NCBI GenBank assembly: GCA_965215185.1 | Contig: OZ244034.1 | Location: 2,720,001-2,784,000 of the forward strand | DNA length: 64,000 nucleotides | Reading direction: 5' to 3' | From: Acidimicrobiia bacterium | GTDB taxonomy: Bacteria; Actinomycetota; Acidimicrobiia; Spongiisociales; ZC4RG35 | Shown: piece after piece, positions 20,693-30,498 of the stretch | How the letters are laid out: the number at the start of each line of letters is the position of its first letter | How positions within the stretch are numbered: the stretch's first letter is position 1 | Notes under the pieces: generated by a model | Databases searched by the model: none | What the model saw: the letters and a program-made list of their open reading frames with translations, nothing else | What the model was told of the DNA's origin: nothing | Translations under genes and position numbers: made by a program

Positions 20693-21880
20693 ATGGCGCC
20701 TGACCCTCACGACTTTTTGGACACGGCCGGGTTGCTCACCGACTCCGAGCGCCTGGTCGCAAACACCGTTCGAGAATTCGTTACCAAAAGGGTGCTGGAT
20801 GAGGTCGGAGGGTGGTGGGAGGCGGGCGAGTTCCCGGCTCATCTGATTCCTGAAATGGCCCAGATGGGTATGTTGGGCATGCATTTGGAGGGCTATGGCT
20901 GCGCCGGGTTGGGCCCCGTCGAGTACGGGGTGGCTGCAATGGAGTTGGAGGCGGGCGATTCGGGGCTTCGCAGTTTCATCTCGGTGCAAGGGTCCTTGTG
21001 CATGTTTCCCATCTGGAAATACGGGTCCGAAGAGCAGAAATCTGAATGGCTTCCCCGCATGGCCAGGGGTGAGGTGATCGGATGCTTTGGCCTCACCGAG
21101 CCCGACGCAGGGAGCGACCCGAGCGCCATGAGCACCTCCGCGAGGCGGGTGGGAGGCGATTGGGTTATAGACGGCTCCAAAGCTTGGATCACCAATGGGG
21201 AAGTCGCCGATCTGGCGGTGATCTGGGCCAGGACTTCCGAAGGCGTGCGAGGGTTTTTGGTGCCTACTGACGCGCCGGGATTCTCGGCGCATTCCGTTTA
21301 TCGCAAGGCCAGTATGCGAGCCTCGGTCACTTCCGCTTTGGTTTTGGATGGAGTTCGGGTTCCCGAAGAGATGATGCTCCCAGGTGTGGCTTCGATGAGA
21401 GGACCGCTTTCCTGTCTGACCGAGGCGAGGTTGGGAATCGTGTTCGGTGTTATGGGAGCGGCTCGTTCCTGCTATGAGACTGCCTTGCGTTATGCCTCAG
21501 AGCGGGTCCAATTCGGCGTTCCGATCTCGTCTTTCCAGTTGACCCAGTCAAAACTGGTGGAGATGATGGTGGCCATTCAAAGGGGCACGCTCCTGGCGAT
21601 CCGGATCGGGCGTCTCCGCGAGGAGGGAAAGCTAGCGCCCGAGCATGTCTCGGTCGGCAAATACAACAATGTGAAAGATGCCCTGGCGGTGGCTCGGACG
21701 GCTCGCAGCATCCTTGGCGCCAACGGGATCACTCTCGAGTATCCGATTATGAGGCATATGGCCAACCTGGAGACGGTCTATACCTATGAGGGAACCCATG
21801 AGATACACACTCTCATCGTGGGCCAGGCCCTCACTGGAGTGCCTGCTTTCCACGCAGCCCGTTCTGTGGGAAGGAGTTGA
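20693..21880 (+). CDS. Glutaryl-CoA dehydrogenase-like acyl-CoA dehydrogenase
   Basis: DSGLRSFISVQGSL, FGLTEPDAGSDP, TYEGTHEIH. Confidence 0.9.
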   Translation: MAPDPHDFLDTAGLLTDSERLVANTVREFVTKRVLDEVGGWWEAGEFPAHLIPEMAQMGMLGMHLEGYGCAGLGPVEYGVAAMELEAGDSGLRSFISVQGSLCMFPIWKYGSEEQKSEWLPRMARGEVIGCFGLTEPDAGSDPSAMSTSARRVGGDWVIDGSKAWITNGEVADLAVIWARTSEGVRGFLVPTDAPGFSAHSVYRKASMRASVTSALVLDGVRVPEEMMLPGVASMRGPLSCLTEARLGIVFGVMGAARSCYETALRYASERVQFGVPISSFQLTQSKLVEMMVAIQRGTLLAIRIGRLREEGKLAPEHVSVGKYNNVKDALAVARTARSILGANGITLEYPIMRHMANLETVYTYEGTHEIHTLIVGQALTGVPAFHAARSVGRS

Positions 21881-21886
21881 CCAAAG

Positions 21887-22351
21887 ATGACCGACGAGTC
21901 CATCACCGTAGCGGAACTAATAGAGCGGATCGGAAGCGAAGTGGGAGTGTCGGACTGGTTTACGGTTACCCAGGAGCGGATCAACGCCTTCGCCGACGCC
22001 ACCTTGGACCACCAGTTCATCCACGTGGATCCCCAGCGCGCCGCCGCCGAGTCGCCATTCGGAGTGACCATTGCCCACGGGTTCTTCACACTGTCGGTCC
22101 TGCCTTACCTCGGCTCGCAGGTGAGGTTCGTGCCGGAGGGAGCCAAAGTGCTGATCAACTACGGAACAGAAAAGGTACGTTTTCTTACTCCCGTTCTGGT
22201 GGACAGCGAGATTCGCGCTCGGATGGAATTGGCTGACGTAACCGAGCGGAGCCCGGGTCAGTATCTGATCAAGCAAAAGGTGACAGTAGATATCAAAGGG
22301 GCGGACCGCCCCGCGCTGGTAGCAGAGACCCTCACGCTAGTTATCACCTGA
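21887..22351 (+). CDS. MaoC family (R)-specific enoyl-CoA hydratase
   Basis: FADATLDHQFIHVD...IAHGF. Confidence 0.92.
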   Translation: MTDESITVAELIERIGSEVGVSDWFTVTQERINAFADATLDHQFIHVDPQRAAAESPFGVTIAHGFFTLSVLPYLGSQVRFVPEGAKVLINYGTEKVRFLTPVLVDSEIRARMELADVTERSPGQYLIKQKVTVDIKGADRPALVAETLTLVIT

Positions 22352-22735
22352 TAGAATCACCTGATAGATCATCACAACAACTCGGAGGGGTTTTACAAAG
22401 AGGGGCGGCTCGGGTCTCGTGAAGTTGTGAAAACTCTGGCAACAATTCGGCCCCGATGAATTGACTTTGTCGCACCCCGATCGCATAGTGGGTAATACAA
22501 ACATCGCCTGCGGTCCGGACCGCACGATCATCATCAGGCCCGTGGGTCGGAGCGCTTTACAGCCCAATCCTAAAGACGGCAATTAGCCGAACCCTCGTCT
22601 CGGTTCGGATGGAGTGTGTCCACCCGAAGAAAATTGGCTGGGAAGGGGGCGGCGGGTCGGGAGGGAATCCCAAGAATTAACGACATGCCGGGGCGGCGGT
22701 GCCCTGACCTGTTGGCGGGGGAGGGCTTCCGGGCC

Positions 22736-23962
22736 CTACTGGCGGGTGGCGGCTAGGACGGACAGGACATGGTTGATGTCGGCGGTGGTGTGGTCGGCGT
22801 TGACTTGGAGGCGGATTTCTTCGTGGCCTCTGGGTACTACTGGATAGGTGAGGCCGGTTGCTAGGACGCCACTGTTAAAGAGGGCCGTGACCATTCGGCG
22901 GGTCTGGTTGGTGTCGCGTAGCATGAGGGGGACGATGGGGTGCTCCCCGGGTATGATCTGGTATCCCAGCGCTACCAGGTTGGACTCGAGCCGGCGAGTG
23001 AGGTGTCTCAGCTGGCCTAGGAGCGTCTGCCCTTCGGGACTGTCCAGTATTCGTAGGGCGGTAAGGGCGGCGCTTGCTTCGGCGGCGGTGATCGGGTTGG
23101 AGTAGATGTAGAAGGGGGAGGTCTCCCGCAGGAAACGGATGACCGTGCTTGCAGAGACCACGTATCCTCCGTTGACTGCCAGGGCCTTTCCCAGGGTGCC
23201 GATGAGTATGTCGGCGGGCGGGCTGCCCGTGTGTTCTTCGGTGCCCCGGCCGGTGGGGCCGAAGGCGCCCACTCCGTGCGAGTCGTCTACGACCACCACC
23301 ACGTTTTCGGGGAAGCTGTGATCGTGGCGACGGGCGATGTCCATGATCTGGTCCAGTGGAGCGTGGTCTCCGCGCATGGAGAAGATGCCGTCGGTCACGA
23401 CTATCGCCCGTTTTGCCCGCCCGGCCGCCTCGGCAAGTTGATGATCAAGAGCCGCCATGTCCAGATGCGGGTAGACGGACTTGCTTAGAGGCCGGGCGAG
23501 GCGGATGGCGTTGATTATGGAGTTGTGGTTGAGTTCGTCGGAGATCACTGTGGTGGTCGGGTCGATGAGGGAAACCAGGGTTCCTAGCACGGCGGCGTAG
23601 GCGGAGGAGAAGATCATCCCTTCCTCTCGCCCGTGGAAGGCGGCCAAGCCATGCTCCAGTTTCACATGGGGAGTGTGGGTCCCCACGATGAACCGCACCC
23701 CTCCGGGTCCGGTTCCCATCGCCCGGGCGGTGACCTGTTCAGCCCGGATCACTTCGGGATGCAACGCCAACCCCAGGTAGGAGTTGGAGTTCATCCGGAT
23801 GAAAGCACGGTTCCCGTGGCCCTCAAGCAAGTATCTGGGGCCTCGCTCCCTCTCGGGACCGACGACCTGTCTTACCACCAGTTCCCCGCCCTTGGCCATC
23901 CCCTGTTCATCAAGGCGGGTCACATGGCGGTCAAGTTCATCGATCAATCGGTCCAGCGGCAT
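22736..23962 (-). CDS. kbl: 2-amino-3-ketobutyrate CoA ligase-like (AONS family PLP enzyme)
   Basis: NSYLGL, SDELNHNS, TDGIFSMRG, DDSHG, GTLGKA. Confidence 0.8.
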   Translation of the reverse strand: MPLDRLIDELDRHVTRLDEQGMAKGGELVVRQVVGPERERGPRYLLEGHGNRAFIRMNSNSYLGLALHPEVIRAEQVTARAMGTGPGGVRFIVGTHTPHVKLEHGLAAFHGREEGMIFSSAYAAVLGTLVSLIDPTTTVISDELNHNSIINAIRLARPLSKSVYPHLDMAALDHQLAEAAGRAKRAIVVTDGIFSMRGDHAPLDQIMDIARRHDHSFPENVVVVVDDSHGVGAFGPTGRGTEEHTGSPPADILIGTLGKALAVNGGYVVSASTVIRFLRETSPFYIYSNPITAAEASAALTALRILDSPEGQTLLGQLRHLTRRLESNLVALGYQIIPGEHPIVPLMLRDTNQTRRMVTALFNSGVLATGLTYPVVPRGHEEIRLQVNADHTTADINHVLSVLAATRQ

Positions 23963-24251
23963 TCAAAGCCTCGTGGTAGCGCCCATTCAAGAATATCGCC
24001 GTCTCCCCCCGGATGCTTCCGTGCCTACGGAAACGTGTATCGCGGCTGCAGCTTGGCTTCCGTGCCTACCTGGCCGTTGGATAAGGACATGTGGGTCGGG
24101 CACTACCACATCGTTGGGCCACGGTGGCTCGGCACGGCTCCATCCTCTCCGGAAACAAACCATCCGGGAAACTCAGCGGGTTCACATCACCACCCCCCAC
24201 AACCTCCCCGAAGAGGGCACCTAACGTTCACATCCGGTGGGGGATACCTGA

Positions 24252-26177
24252 CTACGACAGAGGCTCTGGTCCAAGATGGCGATCGTGCCAGGCGAGAATG
24301 TGCTCGAAACGCTCTACGCGGTGGCGGGGCGCTCCGCTGCGGCTCAGTTCGTGGCCCTCCTCGGGGAAGCGAATCATCTCAACCTCGATCCCTTTGCGGA
24401 GCAGAGCCGTGAAGAACTGCTCTGCTTGACCGATCGGGCAGCGTAAATCGTCCTCGGAGTGGATGATGAGGGTGGGTGTGGTGATCCGGTCGGCCGCGGC
24501 GAGGGGGCTGGCCTTCCATAACGCCTGATGGTCCCCGGCGGTGGCTGGGTACAGGTACAGCCCCGAAAAGTCACGATTGATGTCCGAGGTCCCCCCAAAC
24601 GATTCCCAATCGATCAGGGCCCGTTCAACCACCGCCGAGTGGTAGCGATCATCGCGGGCGATTGCCCAAGTCGTGAGAAACCCTCCATAGGAGCCCCCCA
24701 TGATTCCGGCGCGGGACGGATCGAGGCGAGCGTCTCGCCGGAGAGCCTCCTCGATGACGGCGGTGATGTCCTCCATGTCGACCACCCCCCACCCGGCGCC
24801 GGTAACCGCTTGAAGCCACTCCCGGCCTCGTCCCTCCGAGCCGCGGGGGTTGGCCGCCACCACCGCGTAACCTGCCGACACGTAGACCTGGAACTCGTCG
24901 AAGAAGTAGAACCCGTACTCCGAGGCCGGTCCTCCGTGGATGTTGAGCAGCACCGGGAAGGGTCCTTCACCATCGGGCACGTATACCCACGCATCCACCT
25001 TCACTCCGGAAGCGCTCTCCGCCTGGAAGAACCCGGGACGCACCAATCCGCCGCCGCAGCGAATCTGGCGGTTGAAGGCGGTGAGGACTAGCTCCTCTCC
25101 ATCGGGGGTGAGCTCGTACAGTTCACCCGGACAGGTGGGATCGGTGGCGGTGAAGGCCAACCTTCCAGAAGATGCCCTTGTTACCCCGGTGATGTACCGG
25201 TCGCCGCCCAACACGGTGGTGGTGTTCCCCTCATTGTCGAAGGCGACTATGAGAGCGCGGCCCCGGTCCGCCACGCCGCAGAGGAAGCCCTGATCCAGCC
25301 AAATGGGTCTTTCCATCGCGGCCCCGACCGCCAAATCGTTGATACTCCGGTCCATGTGACCGGTAAGGTCCACCGGCGGCTCACCGAGACGCCACAACGA
25401 GACGAGGTACGGGTAGTCGGGGGTGGGGTTACCTATCCCGTAGAGGGCGCCGGAAGGGTCGTAAGCAGTCAGGTGGTAGCCGGAACCCTGCGCCCGCAGT
25501 GTCTCGGCGCCGCTCTCCAGATCCACTTCCACCACCTCGAGGCCGGGCTTGAGAAACCGCGGGTTGTCCCGGCTGGTAACCATGGCCACTCTGGCGCCGT
25601 CCGGCGACCAGGCCAGACCCGACTCGTCCTCATCGCAGCTTCCCACCCGGCGGGGCGCGGTCTGGCCAAGCGGTTCGACCAGGTAGGCGTGGGTCCTTCG
25701 GTCATGCAGCCAGCCCCGGTTGTCCAGTCGGGCATCGAAGCCGGTGATGCGCCGGGGGCGCCGGGCCCGTTCATCGGGGTCGAGGCCCGCCCATTCTCCG
25801 AACCACTCCGTCGCCAACACCACTAGGTGCGAGCCGTCCGGCGACCACAACGGCGCCTGTACCTCGAGCTCGAAGGAGGTGACGGTCCGGGCCTCCCCAC
25901 CGTCGGAGGGCATGATCGCCAACTGGACAGGGTCGGCGCGTTCTGTTCCTTTTCGCAAAAAGGCCAGGAACCTACCGTCCGGTGACCAGCGCGGCTGCGA
26001 ATCGCCATGTCCGAAAGTTATCTGCCGCACCTCACCATTCCAGAGCCACAGCGACGACCGGTACCGATCCTCGTCAAGGTCGATGGTGGTCACGACGAAG
26101 ACGATCCGCCGGCCGTCCGGATGTATCTGAGGATCTGAAACCGAAGTGATGAGGGAAAGATCGGCCGGTCGCATCAC
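24252..26177 (-). CDS. S9 family (acylaminoacyl/dipeptidyl) peptidase
   Basis: Beta-propeller repeats, IHGGP, GGSYGG, HSEDDLRC, EGH. Confidence 0.93.
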   Translation of the reverse strand: MMRPADLSLITSVSDPQIHPDGRRIVFVVTTIDLDEDRYRSSLWLWNGEVRQITFGHGDSQPRWSPDGRFLAFLRKGTERADPVQLAIMPSDGGEARTVTSFELEVQAPLWSPDGSHLVVLATEWFGEWAGLDPDERARRPRRITGFDARLDNRGWLHDRRTHAYLVEPLGQTAPRRVGSCDEDESGLAWSPDGARVAMVTSRDNPRFLKPGLEVVEVDLESGAETLRAQGSGYHLTAYDPSGALYGIGNPTPDYPYLVSLWRLGEPPVDLTGHMDRSINDLAVGAAMERPIWLDQGFLCGVADRGRALIVAFDNEGNTTTVLGGDRYITGVTRASSGRLAFTATDPTCPGELYELTPDGEELVLTAFNRQIRCGGGLVRPGFFQAESASGVKVDAWVYVPDGEGPFPVLLNIHGGPASEYGFYFFDEFQVYVSAGYAVVAANPRGSEGRGREWLQAVTGAGWGVVDMEDITAVIEEALRRDARLDPSRAGIMGGSYGGFLTTWAIARDDRYHSAVVERALIDWESFGGTSDINRDFSGLYLYPATAGDHQALWKASPLAAADRITTPTLIIHSEDDLRCPIGQAEQFFTALLRKGIEVEMIRFPEEGHELSRSGAPRHRVERFEHILAWHDRHLGPEPLS

Positions 26178-26282
26178 ATCCGAGCGTAGCGGCTGTCGCA
26201 GGGAACGATTCCTACTGCTGATACATCGTCGGCAGGGGGTGACTGCGTCCTACGAGTGGGGGAGGCAGTCAGCCACCTCTCG

Positions 26283-27782
26283 TCACCCGGATTTGGGAAA
26301 GCCCAGATCCACCCCGCGGTGGATGGGGTCCGGCCAGCGGGATATGACCACCTTTTGGCGGGTGTAGAAGTTAATGCCTTCGGGACCGTAGACGGCGTGG
26401 GCGCCGAACAGTGAGTCCTTCCAACCTCCGAAGGAATAGAAGCTCAGCGGAACAGGGATAGGCAGGTTGATCCCCACCATTCCCACTGTGATCTCCCTTT
26501 GGAACTTGCGCGCCGCTCCGCCGTCGTTGGTGAACACCGCCGTACCGTTTCCGTAGGGGTTAGCGTTGATCAGATCAATCGCTTCGGTGTAGCTGTCCGC
26601 CCGTACCACCGACAGCACCGGACCGAAGATCTCGTCCCGGTAGATGGACATCTGCGGCTGGACCCGGTCGAACAGGCAGGGCCCCAGAAAGAAGCCGTCC
26701 TCGTATCCCTTCACGGTCAGGTTTCGTCCGTCGGCCACCAACTCGGCTCCCTCCGAGATCCCTTGCTCCACATAGCCGGCCACCCGCTCGAGATGCGCAG
26801 CCGTAACCAGCGGGCCCATTTCGCTTTGGTCGTTGGCGCCCGGACCCACCCGCAGCCCATCTATCCGCGCGGTGATACGTGGGACAAGCCGATCAGCGGC
26901 GTCCCCTACGGCCACCACCACCGAGATTGCCATGCAACGCTCTCCGGCCGATCCGTAGCCGGCGGAGACGGCCGCGTCGGCCGCTAGGTCCATATCGGCA
27001 TCGGGCAGTACCACCATGTGATTCTTGGCGCCTCCCAGGGCCTGAACCCGTTTTCCAGTCTGCGCCGCACTCTCGTATATGTATCGGGCGATGGGGGTGG
27101 AGCCCACGAAGCTGACCGCCGCCACCTCCGGGTGCTGCAACAAGCCATCCACCGCCACCTTGTCTCCATGCAGGACATTGAAGACCCCGTCGGGTAGCCC
27201 GGCCTCCGAAAACAACTCAGCGGCCAAAAGAGATGGGGACGGGTCCTTTTCGGATGGCTTGAGGACAAAGGTGTTGCCACAGGCGATGGCCACCGGGAAC
27301 ATCCACATCGGGACCATCACCGGGAAGTTGAAGGGGGTGATGCCCGCCACCACTCCCAGCGGTTGCCGGAAGGAATAGGTGTCCACTCCGGTGGAGACCT
27401 GCTCGGAGATTTCGCCCTTCAATAGTTGAGGGATGCCGCACACGTACTCGACGACCTCCAGTCCTCGTTGGACTTCGCCCAAGGCGTCATCCATGGTCTT
27501 TCCGTGCTCAGCGGTGATCAGTTTGGCAAGGTCGTGCCGATGGTCGTTCACCAACTGCCGGAAGGTGAAGAGAATTCGCTGGCGACGCACCACCGAGGTG
27601 TCTCGCCATCCCGGGAAAGCCTCTGCTGCGACCTTAACCGCCAGATTCACCTCGTCTGTACCGGCCATGGCGACCGCCGCGGTCTCATGGCCCCGCGCCG
27701 GATCGAATATCGGGCCGGTCCGTTCCGGAGGATCCTCGTGCAATTGCCCACCGATCCAGTGCCTGACTACAAACATAGACAA
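26283..27782 (-). CDS. mmsA: CoA-acylating methylmalonate-semialdehyde dehydrogenase
   Basis: TPFNFP, KPSEKDP, GGAKNH, AGERCMA, EIFGP. Confidence 0.95.
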   Translation of the reverse strand: MSMFVVRHWIGGQLHEDPPERTGPIFDPARGHETAAVAMAGTDEVNLAVKVAAEAFPGWRDTSVVRRQRILFTFRQLVNDHRHDLAKLITAEHGKTMDDALGEVQRGLEVVEYVCGIPQLLKGEISEQVSTGVDTYSFRQPLGVVAGITPFNFPVMVPMWMFPVAIACGNTFVLKPSEKDPSPSLLAAELFSEAGLPDGVFNVLHGDKVAVDGLLQHPEVAAVSFVGSTPIARYIYESAAQTGKRVQALGGAKNHMVVLPDADMDLAADAAVSAGYGSAGERCMAISVVVAVGDAADRLVPRITARIDGLRVGPGANDQSEMGPLVTAAHLERVAGYVEQGISEGAELVADGRNLTVKGYEDGFFLGPCLFDRVQPQMSIYRDEIFGPVLSVVRADSYTEAIDLINANPYGNGTAVFTNDGGAARKFQREITVGMVGINLPIPVPLSFYSFGGWKDSLFGAHAVYGPEGINFYTRQKVVISRWPDPIHRGVDLGFPKSG

Positions 27783-27853
27783 ATCCCTTCTTACGTCTTC
27801 TGCCTACCCCTGGGTCTTATGATATTCCTTGGAAAGGCGGGGAGTTTCGAAAG

Positions 27854-28279
27854 ATTGACGAGCAGGAACGACTAGAAGCCATAGCAAACGGGCTTTCCAT
27901 CGGGGGTGTAAGGCGGCACATCTTTCTGTGCGCAGGCCAGTCGAACCCTCGATGCGCGACGAGGGAGGAATCGGATCGGGTGTGGCGACACCTAAAGCGA
28001 CGTTGCAAAGAGGAAGGACTTGCCACCGCTCCTCCCCTTTGGTCGCGCAATTTCCGCTTGGAGGCCCAGCCCGAACCACCTGGGGATAGCTCGGTTTTGA
28101 GAAGCAAGGTGGATTGTCTGCGGGTTTGCGAACAAGGGCCGATAGCGGTGGTCTACCCCGAGGGGGTCTGGTATCGGGGAGTAACGGCAGAGGTGTTGGA
28201 TTTGATCATCGACGGTCATCTGATTGGAGGCGAGATAGTGGAGGAGTACGCCTTTGCCAGAGCGCCGTTGAGAGGATAA
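27854..28279 (+). CDS. Thioredoxin-like [2Fe-2S] ferredoxin, probable ATT start
   Basis: RHIFLCAGQSNPRC...DCLRVCEQGPIAVVYPEGVWY. The first two Cys lie upstream of the first canonical start (27980). Confidence 0.8.
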   Translation: MDEQERLEAIANGLSIGGVRRHIFLCAGQSNPRCATREESDRVWRHLKRRCKEEGLATAPPLWSRNFRLEAQPEPPGDSSVLRSKVDCLRVCEQGPIAVVYPEGVWYRGVTAEVLDLIIDGHLIGGEIVEEYAFARAPLRG

Positions 28280-28283
28280 GGGT

Positions 28284-28610
28284 CTATTGTCGCTTCCAGC
28301 GAGTGTTTTTGTATTCCTCGACCCACTGGCGCGAACTGCGCCACTGGCCATCCGGCCCGCGTGTCGCTTGAAGCCGGCCCCGTGCGGCCGCCGCCCGCAA
28401 GGCGGTGACGCCCAGTTCCCGCGTAGCGAGGGTGCCGAGCGGAACGAGACGCGCCGGCCCGGCGACTGCGGGCACGATAAAACGGTAAAGGCTTTGTAGG
28501 ATCCCCCGGGCGATCATCTCCCCGAGTTGCCCCGGATCGCCGAGGTCGGCCCTCCGCAGTGCCTTTAGGTACTTTGTTCGTTCGCGTTTGTAGATAACGA
28601 CGGGTGAATA
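28284..28610 (-). pseudogene. C-terminal remnant of a Fic family protein (helical plus HTH-like tail)
   Basis: YSPVVIYKRERTKYLKALRRADLGD...LRAAAARGRLQATRGPDGQWRSS matches actinobacterial Fic C-termini. The HPFxDGNGR motif is absent. Confidence 0.7.
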
Positions 28611-28635
28611 TATTACACAAAATATTTGTGTAATA
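28611..28635. promoter_or_regulatory. Perfect AT-rich palindrome (operator-like)
   Basis: TATTACACAAA-ATA-TTTGTGTAATA, with a second half-site TATTACACAAAAT at 28706-28718. Confidence 0.7.
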
Positions 28636-28730
28636 GGGGGGCCTTGCCGCCGGGGTCGGCTTTTCAATGGAAAATGTGGTGAATTTGTTGAGTTGCAGCC
28701 ATTTTTATTACACAAAATTGTTTCGTTGTC

Positions 28731-28875
28731 CTTCTGGAGGGACTAGAACTCTGGCCACCACCTTTGTGAGGGTGCCTTCCGGTCGTCTTTTTTGAGCGCG
28801 GTGCTGTCTGTTGCCATGCCAGTGGCCACTTTGCTCCCATTTTGGCGTTCTCACCTCGGAACTCATTCTTTGGAT
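28731..28875 (+). pseudogene. Degenerate 5' relic of an MFS transporter paralog
   Basis: Aligns by eye with the start of the MFS gene at 30745 (GAGGGTGC..CGTCTTTT..CGGTGCTG..TGTTGCCATG..TTTGCTCCCAT..GTTCTC.CCTCGGAACT), with indels. Confidence 0.75.
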
Positions 28876-28977
28876 ATGGATCATTGAGGACATGAGGGCT
28901 CATATCGCTGGTACCGGTGGGTTCAGCGCCACTCGGTCCGCTAGGTGTCCCTCTTTCAACCAGCCCTAGGTCAGCTC

Positions 28978-30498
28978 CTAGCCGTCTGGACCGGGACCAT
29001 CAGGCAGTCGGACCGTCCACTCGTCCCCACGGGGATCGAGCAGGCACTCCGCGTCGCTCGGACCCCACGAACCGGCCGGGTAGGAAACGGGGCTGATCCC
29101 GGCCTGGAGTATCGGCGTGTAGAGCCGCCAGGCCTGTTCCACCTCGTCGGAGCGAACGAACAGCGTCCGGTCGCCGGTCATGACGTCGTAGAGCAGTGTC
29201 TGGTAGGCGTCGGGAAGACTCCCGAAGGCTTCCTCATAGGCAAAGGCCAGAGACTTCGTACCCAACTGGGGATGATCGGAAGGCACCTGTACATCGAATA
29301 AGAGATCGAACCCCTCGTCGGGCTGGAGTCTGAAATACAGGACGTTGCCTTGGTGCCGACGCCGCTTGAAGGACTTGAACAGCGGTACCGGGGGCTCACG
29401 GAAGGTCACCGCTATCTGGGTGAGGCGGTTGGAAAGCCGCTTGCCGGTGCGCAGGTAGAAGGGGACCCCCTGCCAGCGCCAGCTGTCGATGAACACCCGT
29501 AGGGCGGCGTAGGTTGCGGTGATCGTGTCGTCGCTCACTCCCTGCTCCTCCTGATAGCCTTGCACCGGATTTCCGCTGGCTCGGCCCGCGGTGTATTGAC
29601 CCAGTACCACGTCATCGGGACCCAAAGGCCGGATGGATTGGAGCACCTTCACCTTCTCGTCCCGGATAGCCTCGGCATCAAAAGAGACCGGGGGTTCCAT
29701 CGCCACCAAGCTGAGCAACTGGGTCAGGTGGTTCTGGACCATGTCCCTCAACGCTCCCGAACGGTCGTAGTAGCTGGCCCGATCGCCGATTCCGACTTCT
29801 TCGGCCACCGTGATCTGAACATTCTCGATACGATCCCGGTTCCAGACCGACTCAAAAAGCGGGTTAGCGAATCGGAACACCAGAAGGTTCTGCACTGTCG
29901 CCTTCCCGAGGTAGTGATCAATCCGGTAGATCTGGCTCTCTTCGAAACTCTCGTGGAGGACCGCGTTCAGCGCCACAGCAGAGTCGAGGTCGGTACCGAA
30001 GGGTTTTTCGACCACGAGGCGGGTCCATCCCGCGCTATGGGCGAGACCGGATGCCCCCAAGCCCCTTACCGTCCGGGAAAACGCCGCAGGTGGCAGGGCC
30101 AGGTAGAAGATCCGGTTGCCGGAGAGATTGTATGCCGCCTCGATTTGCTCGATCCGCCGGTGCAGCGTTTTGTACGCGGCTGCCCCGCCACCGGCGAGCG
30201 TCTGGTAGTGCACCACCTTGTCGCACCACTCACCAGCATCGGCATACGTCTGGTCCAGTTGTGCCTGTCCCAGGGAGATACCTTCGACAGCGGCCCGCGA
30301 CAGCTCCCGGAAGTCCTCGTCGTCCAACTGTGACCGACCTACTCCCAGCATCACGAAGCGGTCGGCTAGGTCGTATTGTCGGACCAGGCGATAGAGGGCT
30401 GGGGCCAGCTTCTTACGATAGAGATCACCGGTGGCGCCAAACACGACCAGCAAGTGACGGTCTACCGCCCCGGCCCCGGCGACCGGTGGGGATTCCAC
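28978..30498 (-). CDS. zwf: Glucose-6-phosphate dehydrogenase
   Basis: FGATGDL, VEKPFG, RIDHYLGK, RDMVQNHL. Confidence 0.97.
   Translation of the reverse strand: MESPPVAGAGAVDRHLLVVFGATGDLYRKKLAPALYRLVRQYDLADRFVMLGVGRSQLDDEDFRELSRAAVEGISLGQAQLDQTYADAGEWCDKVVHYQTLAGGGAAAYKTLHRRIEQIEAAYNLSGNRIFYLALPPAAFSRTVRGLGASGLAHSAGWTRLVVEKPFGTDLDSAVALNAVLHESFEESQIYRIDHYLGKATVQNLLVFRFANPLFESVWNRDRIENVQITVAEEVGIGDRASYYDRSGALRDMVQNHLTQLLSLVAMEPPVSFDAEAIRDEKVKVLQSIRPLGPDDVVLGQYTAGRASGNPVQGYQEEQGVSDDTITATYAALRVFIDSWRWQGVPFYLRTGKRLSNRLTQIAVTFREPPVPLFKSFKRRRHQGNVLYFRLQPDEGFDLLFDVQVPSDHPQLGTKSLAFAYEEAFGSLPDAYQTLLYDVMTGDRTLFVRSDEVEQAWRLYTPILQAGISPVSYPAGSWGPSDAECLLDPRGDEWTVRLPDGPGPDG

Noticed and set aside
23963-24250. 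Glycine riboswitch or T-box upstream of kbl
   Set aside because: The conserved aptamer and T-box motifs were not found by eye.
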